Part shown: piece after piece, positions 56,983 to 64,000 of the stretch
Numbering within the stretch: position 1 is the first letter of the stretch
Layout of the letters: each line of letters begins with the position of its first letter
Assembly (NCBI GenBank): GCA_028284445.1
Contig: JANQRS010000016.1
Location: 80,441-144,440, forward strand
Direction of reading: 5' to 3'
From: Calditrichia bacterium
GTDB taxonomy: Bacteria > Calditrichota > Calditrichia > RBG-13-44-9 > J075
DNA: 64,000 nt
The notes under the pieces: model-generated
Database searches by the model: none
Told to the model about the DNA's origin: nothing
What the model saw: only the letters and a program-made list of their open reading frames with translations
Position numbers and translations under genes: made by a program

Positions 56983-58806
56983 ATGTCAACTTATATTCTC
57001 GGGCTTTCCGCCTTTTATCACGATTCTGCTGCTTGTTTGGTTAAAGATGGAACCATTGTCGCAGCCGCTCAGGAGGAACGTTTTTCTCGGAAAAAGCACG
57101 ACCATCGTTTTCCGGAACATGCAATCAATTATTGTCTTCGCGAGGCCGGTATTACCAAGGCCGATCTGACGCACGTTGCTTTTTATGATAAACCCTGGCT
57201 CAAATTTGAGCGTTTGCTGGAAACCTATCTGGCCTTTGCGCCCCGTGGTTTCGGCTCCTTCATCCGCGCGATGCCGCTGTGGATTAAGGAGAAGTTGTGG
57301 ATGGGAGAGATGATCCAGAAGCAAATTGGCTATGAGGGCCAGATGTATTATCCGGAGCATCATCAATCTCATGCCGCTTCTGCATTTTATCCATCACCCT
57401 TCCAGCGCGCCGCTTTTTTAACGATTGACGGGGTAGGAGAATGGGCAACGACATCCTGGGGCGTTGGGCACGATCACAAGCTTGATATTCAATATGAGAT
57501 GCATTTCCCGCACAGTCTTGGTTTGCTCTACAGCGCTTTCACCTATTATACCGGTTTCAAGGTCAACAGCGGTGAATATAAAGTGATGGGGCTTGCGCCA
57601 TACGGCGAGCCCAAATATGCCCAGCTGATCATGGATGAGATTATGGATTTGCGGGAAGACGGCTCTTTTAGGTTGAACATGAAATATTTCAATTACTGCA
57701 CCGGCCTTACCATGACCTCCAGGGCAATGGACGAATTGCTGGGCGGTCCGCCCCGCAAGCCTGAGAGCGAACTGACACAACGCGAGATGGATCTCGCTCG
57801 CTCAGTCCAGGAGGTGACGGAGGAGGTGATGCTGCGAATGGCCCGTCATATTCGCAAAGAGAGCGGTGAAAAGAATCTTTGTATGGCCGGTGGTTGTGCC
57901 CTGAACTGTGTTGCTAACGGCAAGATATTGCGAGAAGGCATTTTCGACAATATCTGGATTCAGCCTGCTGCCGGTGATGCCGGCGGCGCCCTCGGTGCAG
58001 CAATGTTCATCTGGCATAATACGCTTGAGAAGCCGCGGAAGGCCGACGGCGCGAAAGATTCACAGCGCGGCTCCTATCTTGGACCGGAATTCAGCGACGA
58101 ATCAATCGATGGTTGGCTCGCTGAAAACAAATATCCATTTACCCGCTTTACCAATGGCGATGTCCCGAAAAAGGTGGCGGAATATATTGAGTCGGGTAAA
58201 GTGATTGGCTTCTTCTCCGGGCGAATGGAATTTGGGCCACGGGCATTGGGCGGGCGCAGTATTATTGGTGATGCCCGCAGTCCGAAAATGCAGTCCATCA
58301 TGAACCTGAAAATCAAGTATCGTGAGTCGTTCCGGCCTTTTGCACCGTCTTGTCTGGAAGAAGATGTCAGCAAATTTTTTGATATAGAAGAGCCGTCGCC
58401 ATACATGCTGCTGGTGGCGCCGGTGCGTGAAGAACGGCGCATCAAGCTGAATGAAGATGAGAAGCAGTTATTCGGCATCAAGAAGCTCAACATACCGCGC
58501 AGCGATGTCCCGGCAATCACTCATGTGGATTACTCGGCGCGCATACAGACGGTGGCGGCGGAGACCAATCCACCGTATTATGCGGCAATAAACGAATTCA
58601 AGAAGCGTACTGGCTACGGCATCATTATCAATACCTCCTTCAATGTTCGAGGTGAGCCGATTGTCTGTACCCCGCAAGATGCTTATCTCTGCTTTATGCG
58701 TACCGAGATGGACGTGCTGGTGCTCGGCAATAATATTTTGCTTAAAGAAGAGCAGCCGGAACTGAAGGGCGACGAAAATTGGCGAGAACTTTACGAGTTG
58801 GATTGA
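56983..58806 (+). CDS. NodU/CmcH-family carbamoyltransferase
   Basis: 'ILGLSAFYHDSAACLVKDGTIVAAAQEERFSRKKHD' N-terminus and a conserved YrdC-Kae1-like C-terminal domain. Confidence 0.85.
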   Translation: MSTYILGLSAFYHDSAACLVKDGTIVAAAQEERFSRKKHDHRFPEHAINYCLREAGITKADLTHVAFYDKPWLKFERLLETYLAFAPRGFGSFIRAMPLWIKEKLWMGEMIQKQIGYEGQMYYPEHHQSHAASAFYPSPFQRAAFLTIDGVGEWATTSWGVGHDHKLDIQYEMHFPHSLGLLYSAFTYYTGFKVNSGEYKVMGLAPYGEPKYAQLIMDEIMDLREDGSFRLNMKYFNYCTGLTMTSRAMDELLGGPPRKPESELTQREMDLARSVQEVTEEVMLRMARHIRKESGEKNLCMAGGCALNCVANGKILREGIFDNIWIQPAAGDAGGALGAAMFIWHNTLEKPRKADGAKDSQRGSYLGPEFSDESIDGWLAENKYPFTRFTNGDVPKKVAEYIESGKVIGFFSGRMEFGPRALGGRSIIGDARSPKMQSIMNLKIKYRESFRPFAPSCLEEDVSKFFDIEEPSPYMLLVAPVREERRIKLNEDEKQLFGIKKLNIPRSDVPAITHVDYSARIQTVAAETNPPYYAAINEFKKRTGYGIIINTSFNVRGEPIVCTPQDAYLCFMRTEMDVLVLGNNILLKEEQPELKGDENWRELYELD

Positions 58807-58827
58807 TTTTTTGATTGAATGAGAACC

Positions 58828-58869
58828 ATCCCCCCTGTATGTCCCCCCGGGGGGACATACAGGGGGGAT
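58828..58869. repeat. G/C-tract palindromic element (canonical), 3' of carbamoyltransferase gene
   Basis: atcccccctgtatgtccccccggggggacatacaggggggat, a perfect palindrome. Confidence 0.75.
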
Positions 58870-58904
58870 AATGACCAAATGTGAATTGAGTTTGAGGAAC
58901 GATA

Positions 58905-59306
58905 GTGAACACAAATAAAAAAAGCACTCCGCGCGAGTTGCGTAAATTCGGCCTGACGATGGCCATTGCCTTTGGGCTGATAGCAGCATTCCTTTTCTGG
59001 CGTCAAAAAGCAGCTGCGCCTTACATCGGCGGTATTAGTGGATTCTTTCTGCTGGGCGCCCTGGTCTTTCCTGAACTGCTGGCGCCGATCGAGAAGGCCT
59101 GGATGAAGCTGGCGATGGTTCTCTCCGCAGTGATGACGCGGGTCATCCTCGGTATCACCTTTTTCGCCGTCATCATGCCCATAGGTCTCTTATTGCGAAT
59201 CACCGGAAAGGATTTGCTGAGCCTTAAGCTGGAAGCAGACAAAAGTACTTACTGGCGTCCGGTTGAAAAAGACGGTCCCGGAACGAGGCCGGATAAGCCG
59301 TATTAA
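58905..59306 (+). CDS. SxtJ-family small membrane protein
   Basis: 133 aa, 'LRKFGLTMAIAFGLIAAFLFWR' plus two further TM helices. Call rests on the recalled association of SxtJ-like proteins with carbamoyltransferases. Confidence 0.55.
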   Translation: MNTNKKSTPRELRKFGLTMAIAFGLIAAFLFWRQKAAAPYIGGISGFFLLGALVFPELLAPIEKAWMKLAMVLSAVMTRVILGITFFAVIMPIGLLLRITGKDLLSLKLEADKSTYWRPVEKDGPGTRPDKPY

Positions 59307-59438
59307 TGATAGTTGATAGTTGATAGTCGTTTGTTGATAGTTCATGACTGTGTTTACCGGGATTGATAAACTGGTGAGGAATAACGACCAACAACTGACA
59401 CCTAACAACTATCAACCTAACCCTGTTGAGGAGCAATC

Positions 59439-59594
59439 ATGGCAACATCAAAAGTAGGCATGATCTGGGATTTTCTGAAGGTGCGGAAAAAGTGGTGGCT
59501 AACGCCGATTATCGTATTTCTTCTGCTGATGAGTCTCTTGATCGTATTGACGGAAGGCAGTGCAATTGCCCCGTTCATTTACACAATTTTCTAG
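59439..59594 (+). CDS. DUF5989-family 51-aa membrane micro-protein (not in ORF track)
   Basis: ATG at 59439 to TAG at 59592 encodes MATSKVGMIWDFLKVRKKWWLTPIIVFLLLMSLLIVLTEGSAIAPFIYTIF; the 'FLKVRKKWWL.PII..LLL......L..GSA.APFIY' pattern is the DUF5989 hallmark; followed by a strong terminator. Confidence 0.6.
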   Translation: MATSKVGMIWDFLKVRKKWWLTPIIVFLLLMSLLIVLTEGSAIAPFIYTIF

Positions 59595-59612
59595 CAGATA
59601 TGTCAGATTCAA

Positions 59613-59650
59613 ACAAAGGCGGCCATGGCCGCCTTTGTTGTTTTGGGATG
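59613..59650. terminator. bidirectional rho-independent terminator between convergent DUF5989 and Kelch genes
   Basis: aaaggcggccATggccgccttt perfect palindrome followed by gttgttttggg. Confidence 0.6.
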
Positions 59651-59676
59651 ATCCCATTTTTGGAGTCGTATAAAAA

Positions 59677-59718
59677 ATCCCCCCTATATGTCCCCCCGGG
59701 GGGACATATAGGGGGGAT
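59677..59718. repeat. G/C-tract palindromic element (canonical)
   Basis: atcccccctatatgtccccccggggggacatataggggggat; differs from the 58828 copy at 2 loop-proximal positions. Confidence 0.75.
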
Positions 59719-59766
59719 TCCTTGCTGCCAGGGGATTCTCTGCTTTCAGGGGATTCCTAGCTTTCA
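59713..59766. repeat. 18-bp tandem repeat x3 (aggggattcYYWgctKYc) overlapping stop codon of Kelch gene
   Basis: aggggattccttgctgcc / aggggattctctgctttc / aggggattcctagctttc. Confidence 0.45.
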
Positions 59767-61722
59767 TTCGTGTTTTACAAGTCTCCATTCCTTCCCATCC
59801 CATAGCCACATATCATCCAGCGCCTGGCGCTTGCCATCGCGTCCGCCAAAGAGTACAATACCGCCCAATCCGGCATGAAAGGCCATTGCGGTCATGTCGC
59901 GCGCCTGTGGGCCGCTTTCTGCAACCTTGCGCCATTGCTTGCCGTCCCACTCCCAGGTATCGCCATAAAGGATGTCCTCGTGTCGCGATTTTCCGCCGAA
60001 GAGCAGGATTTTGCCGGATTTTGAATGGGTTGCCATGCTGTGATTATTCCTGGCCGGCGGGACGTTCACCTCAAGTTGCGTCCAGCTTTTGCCGTCCCAG
60101 CTCCACATATCGCCAAGGGACTTCCCGCCTGCAAAACCGCCGAATAGAATTACGACTTGACGACTCGGATCATACGCCATTTGTCCACGCATTCTGTTTA
60201 CCGGTCCGTCGTCGCTGGTTTCGATCGGAAACCAGGTTTTGCCGTCCCATTCCCACATGATGTCATTGCCTCGGCCGCTGCCGCCAAATACGATGACGCG
60301 CTGACGGGCCGCATCATAGCCAACCGTCGGGGAGTGCCGAGGGGATGGGCCTTCGTCCTTCATGTGCTGCCACTGCTTGCCATTCCAGGTCCAGGTCTCA
60401 TTTTGCAAGTAACCCTCCTTGCCAATACCGGCAACTAGAAGCGTTTTACCGGCGCCTTCATGATGAACAATGGAATGACTGCTGCGAGCGGCGGGGCCAC
60501 TGGCTTCGTAATGATACCAGGCCTTGCCGTCGAACTCCCAGGTGTCGTTTAACAATTGCCGACCAGCGGTATTGCCGCCAAAAATGATGAGCTTGTCGCG
60601 GCCCTGATCGTGCGTCATTGCAAAGTGATCACGAGGTTGGGGAGCGAGCTTGGGTTGCGTGGTGTTCCGGGCAGGTTTTATCTTGGTCTGCTGCAGTAGC
60701 GATGCGCCGTCAATGATCTTCTCCGTCACTGAGGCAAGGCTTTCTTTCTTGAGCATATAAGCCGGTAGGTGGGCGTCCATTAACGGGTAGATTCGCTGAT
60801 AGGACATTTTTGTGCGCTTTACGTACATGTCATATTCTGTGAGACCTTCCTTCGCCAGCAAGTCCTTGGCGACTTTGCCGGATAGGTAAAAGAGGTAAGC
60901 ATGGTAGAGCTGCCGTGGCGCTCTCTTGCCTTTCACGTCGACGACATCACGAATTGTGCCGCTAATGAAACCACTGGTAGATTTGATCAGGTGATGGCTG
61001 GACTCGTGCAGTAAGAGCTCAAACCAATTGCCGGGCGGTTCATGATTCATTCGGGAATCCATAACGATATGTGTCGCGATGCGCGTGGTGGTGAAGGGAA
61101 TATCCCGTTTGGAATGATAGGAAATGTCAACGCGAATTTTCTCGCGCTGCCAGGGCGCCTTGCAGAGATCGCTCAACGCCTTCGAAAATTGAGCTTCGTG
61201 TTTTTGAATCCAATCAAGATTGGTATTGAGAACCGCCTGATTCGCAGCGTGATGCTTCTTCCAGAAATGCGAAAGGTATACATGCTTGATCTTGTTGAGC
61301 AAGTTGACATGTTCCCTTATTTCCTCGAGATCAGGCAAGTCGCCCTCGGCACCGAATTGAATCACCCAGCGCTTGAAGTGAAACATGTACCCGCTTCTGC
61401 GCAGGTCTTCTTTGAGGAGGTTATCGCGATAATATGCCAGCGCTTCTTTCAGTGCCTCTTTTTCCTGAGAATTGAGACTTGCATATACGTTTTCATCGGA
61501 TGGATATTCAGCCTTCGGATCGTAAGCAAATTCTGCCTGCCGGTACAAAAAGTGGTGCATGTTCAGCCATATATGACTGAAGAAGACAAAATGGTCGGTT
61601 TCAGCTTGAAAGCCGGGATCGGTCGCTTGGGGATGGACATAGTCACTGGCGTGCAGGCTAAGGGGGATCAAACATAAATTTAGCAGGAAAATCAGGCGCG
61701 TCGTCATCGAAATCTTTCGCAT
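59764..61722 (-). CDS. secreted protein: N-terminal HExxH ('LLHESSHHL') domain + C-terminal 6-bladed Kelch/galactose-oxidase-like beta-propeller
   Basis: Start set at MRKISMTTRLIFLLNLCLIPLSLHA (signal peptide, aaggag RBS). Repeated '...GG......L.D.W.WDGK.W' Kelch-type blades. Confidence 0.6.
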   Translation of the reverse strand: MRKISMTTRLIFLLNLCLIPLSLHASDYVHPQATDPGFQAETDHFVFFSHIWLNMHHFLYRQAEFAYDPKAEYPSDENVYASLNSQEKEALKEALAYYRDNLLKEDLRRSGYMFHFKRWVIQFGAEGDLPDLEEIREHVNLLNKIKHVYLSHFWKKHHAANQAVLNTNLDWIQKHEAQFSKALSDLCKAPWQREKIRVDISYHSKRDIPFTTTRIATHIVMDSRMNHEPPGNWFELLLHESSHHLIKSTSGFISGTIRDVVDVKGKRAPRQLYHAYLFYLSGKVAKDLLAKEGLTEYDMYVKRTKMSYQRIYPLMDAHLPAYMLKKESLASVTEKIIDGASLLQQTKIKPARNTTQPKLAPQPRDHFAMTHDQGRDKLIIFGGNTAGRQLLNDTWEFDGKAWYHYEASGPAARSSHSIVHHEGAGKTLLVAGIGKEGYLQNETWTWNGKQWQHMKDEGPSPRHSPTVGYDAARQRVIVFGGSGRGNDIMWEWDGKTWFPIETSDDGPVNRMRGQMAYDPSRQVVILFGGFAGGKSLGDMWSWDGKSWTQLEVNVPPARNNHSMATHSKSGKILLFGGKSRHEDILYGDTWEWDGKQWRKVAESGPQARDMTAMAFHAGLGGIVLFGGRDGKRQALDDMWLWDGKEWRLVKHE

Positions 61723-61807
61723 GGGCAGACGTACTCCTTTGTGCAAAGGTGCATTGCTTGGAAAGACCCCTGATTCAAAGAACGAAGCGCCGGTGCAAAA
61801 GTTACAT

Positions 61808-64000
61808 TTATTCGTCCTGTAGGGCATCAACCGGATTTGCAACAGCTACGCGCAGCGACTGAATACTGACTGTTAGCCAGGTAACGAGCAAGATGCCCAC
61901 TCCGGCAGCGAGGAAAGTTGCCGGGCCGATCGAAATTCGAAAAGCGAATTCCTGCAGCCAATGATCCATAAAGTAATAGGCGAGCGGCATACCAATCAGA
62001 AAGGCAATGAAAACCAGGCGGGTAAAGTCTTTTGACAGCAACATCAAAATATCGGTCAGCGTTGCACCAAGCACTTTGCGAATGCCGATTTCCTTCGTGC
62101 GCTGCTGGACAATAAACGCTGAGAGTCCCAGCAAACCGAGGGCGGCGATGAACAGCGATATGATCGTGAAATAGCTGAAGAGCTGCCCCAACTGCATTTC
62201 CGTTTTGTACATCTGATCAAAGGCATCATCGAGAAAGTAATAGTCGAGTGGATAGTTCGGCGAAAAGTCCTGCATGACCTGACGCAAATAGGAGATGGTT
62301 TGATCCACGTTTGAGAACTCAACCTTCACCAGCATACGATTAAATGACCACCAGCCATCACCCACGAAGAGCGCCAGCGGCCCGACTGCCCGATGCAGTG
62401 AATGAAAATTGAAATCCTTCACAACCCCAACGATCGTAAACGTCTTTCCGAAGAAGTCGAATTGTTCACCGACAGCAGTTTCCCATCCCAATTCGCGCTG
62501 GAAGGTTTCGTTAATCAAGATGCCGCTGGTGCGATCGCTGGAAAATTCAGTTGACAGATCCCGGCCTGCAACGATCTCAAGGCCAAAAAGGTCTACAAAG
62601 TCGTCATGAATGGATGATCTATTAACCAGCAATTGCTGGCCCTCAGTGGCGCCTTTCCAGTTGCGAAAGGGCGTTGCCGAATTAACACCTGTTGGGTCAC
62701 TTCGTGACAAAGTGACTAGATCAATTTGCGGATGCCGCTCAAGCGTTTCCTTCAAGGCCGCATATTTGTGGTAAACGGCGGTGTCTTTCACCGCGATGGA
62801 AATAATATGTTCGCGATCTACGCCGGTGTCGGTATTCTGAATATAGTGCAGCTGCTGCTGAATAACGAGGGTGCCGATGAGTAAGGCGGTTGTCGCTGTA
62901 AATTGGACAATCACCAGAAGATTCCGCAATTGCACCTTGTTGCCTTTATGGCGAAAAACGCCCTTAAGAACGCTCACCGGCTGGAACCCGGAAATATAGA
63001 ATGCCGGATAGCAGCTGGCCAGGATACCGACGATGAAGCTGCTGAACAGCAGCAGAATGGGTATCGGGCTGGCGGAAAAAATCTCAAAATTGATGGCAGC
63101 GCCGGTCAGGTTGTTGAAGCCGGGTTGAAGGATCTGAACGGCACAGGCGGCCAGCAGTGTTGCCAAAAACGAGTAGACAATCCCTTCGCAAATAAACTGC
63201 AATGCCAGGTTTAAGCGTTGTCCACCAAGCGCCTTGCGAACGCCCACTTCTCTTGCCCGGGTCACGGAGCGGGCGGTGGCGAGATTGATATAGTTGATAC
63301 AAGCAACCATCAGTATTAAAACTGCAATTGCTGAGAAAAGGTAGACATAAAGAATATTGCCATTTGGGCCAAATTCGTGGTTGACCCGTGAATACAGATG
63401 AATGTCGGTGAGGGCCTGAGTTTGGAAGAGATCATCGCGGCCCGGATTGCGACGATAAGACTCGGTATCGGCTAAATACCTGTCGGTGAGTGCTTGCAAA
63501 CCGGCTTCGAAAACGGTCGCATCGCTTTCGGGCCGCAGCGCAACATAAGTCAGATAATTATTGCTATCCCAACGGTCCCGGTAATGCCGTAGATCCGGAG
63601 AAGATTCCGGAGAGATCATATAGTCGAAGTGAATATGGCTGGTTGGGGGCGGATCAGCTATAACGGCGCTTACCGTCATCGGCATGTTGCCGTCGTAGTG
63701 ATCACCTGCTTGCGTCACGGTCAACGTTTGGCCCAACGCCTTCTTATCGCCATAAAGCCGTTCTGCCATGGACTGCGTCAGGACAATGGAGCCGGGATCA
63801 ACAAGCGCTCGCTGCGGATTGCCACTGAGCACCTCAAAGCTGAATACTTCGAAAATTTGCGGCGTTGCATAGATGCCATCCTCAAATGCCCGGAATTTCC
63901 CGCTATGCACAAGAATACTGGCCTTGGTAATCTGCGCGGCCGCCTCCACCTCCGGAAATTCTGAGGTCAGCGATGTCAGAAGAGGACCGGGCGTGGCAGT
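61808..64000 (-). CDS. MacB/FtsX-family ABC transporter permease (two FtsX 4-TM modules); 5' end beyond window
   Basis: 'ILMVACINYINLATARSVTRAREVGVRKALGGQRLNL' and a second C-terminal FtsX block; the N-terminus seen begins inside the first periplasmic domain. Confidence 0.75.
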   Translation of the reverse strand, partial: TATPGPLLTSLTSEFPEVEAAAQITKASILVHSGKFRAFEDGIYATPQIFEVFSFEVLSGNPQRALVDPGSIVLTQSMAERLYGDKKALGQTLTVTQAGDHYDGNMPMTVSAVIADPPPTSHIHFDYMISPESSPDLRHYRDRWDSNNYLTYVALRPESDATVFEAGLQALTDRYLADTESYRRNPGRDDLFQTQALTDIHLYSRVNHEFGPNGNILYVYLFSAIAVLILMVACINYINLATARSVTRAREVGVRKALGGQRLNLALQFICEGIVYSFLATLLAACAVQILQPGFNNLTGAAINFEIFSASPIPILLLFSSFIVGILASCYPAFYISGFQPVSVLKGVFRHKGNKVQLRNLLVIVQFTATTALLIGTLVIQQQLHYIQNTDTGVDREHIISIAVKDTAVYHKYAALKETLERHPQIDLVTLSRSDPTGVNSATPFRNWKGATEGQQLLVNRSSIHDDFVDLFGLEIVAGRDLSTEFSSDRTSGILINETFQRELGWETAVGEQFDFFGKTFTIVGVVKDFNFHSLHRAVGPLALFVGDGWWSFNRMLVKVEFSNVDQTISYLRQVMQDFSPNYPLDYYFLDDAFDQMYKTEMQLGQLFSYFTIISLFIAALGLLGLSAFIVQQRTKEIGIRKVLGATLTDILMLLSKDFTRLVFIAFLIGMPLAYYFMDHWLQEFAFRISIGPATFLAAGVGILLVTWLTVSIQSLRVAVANPVDALQDE

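Noticed and set aside
1654-59718. Possibility that the recurring G/C palindromes constitute a CRISPR array
   Set aside because: Copies are tens of kb apart, not regularly spaced, and are palindromic with no unique spacers; there are no cas genes.

Overview
This 64-kb window appears to be a chromosomal (core-genome) segment from a Gram-negative, roughly 50% GC bacterium. A T9SS type-A C-terminal sorting domain, PEGA, GWxTD-like and BamB-like proteins suggest the FCB-group (Fibrobacteres–Chlorobi–Bacteroidetes) or a related candidate phylum, but I cannot place it more precisely. No mobile-element genes, rRNA/tRNA genes or CRISPR arrays are visible. Recognisable blocks, in order along the window: (1) a DUF4388 protein translationally coupled to a 162-aa protein with a P-loop-less Ras/MglA-like fold. 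(2) An FAD oxidoreductase and a NapH/NosR-type polyferredoxin pair on the minus strand. (3) The classic rimP-nusA-(L7Ae)-infB-DUF503-rbfA-truB-ribF-rpsO-pnp ribosome-biogenesis cluster. (4) A bioY-menH-menB-menA-menC-menE operon with overlapping start/stop codons. (5) A penicillin/AHL-acylase-family gene, lspA and cspA. (6) A GlmU-N-domain-only nucleotidyltransferase. (7) A TolB-like protein followed by a 1450-aa multi-repeat surface protein with a T9SS C-terminal sorting domain. (8) A PP2C phosphatase fused to a TM segment, TPR repeats and a DUF1080-like lectin domain. (9) A coiled-coil paralog pair, one with a TrkA-C domain. (10) Proline dehydrogenase and glutamate dehydrogenase. (11) An outer-membrane module (HExxH/PD40/beta-barrel 952-aa protein, BamB-like lipoprotein, PEGA protein). 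(12) rluA-family, then ECF sigma/anti-sigma/GWxTD-like genes. (13) htpG. (14) A polyphosphate module: two-domain ppk2, ppk1, ppx. (15) A carbamoyltransferase–SxtJ–DUF5989 module; the 51-aa DUF5989 ORF is absent from the ORF track. (16) A Kelch/HExxH secreted protein and a MacB/FtsX-type permease that runs off the window end. The most distinctive non-coding signal is a family of about 42-bp G/C-tract perfect palindromes (consensus ATCCCCCCT-NN-ATGTCCCCCC|GGGGGGACAT-NN-AGGGGGGAT). Five full copies and one half copy occur, all immediately 3' of genes or operons, plus a separate 150-bp inverted-repeat-flanked element between pnp and bioY. All functional calls are from motif-level recognition by eye; no database searches were run.
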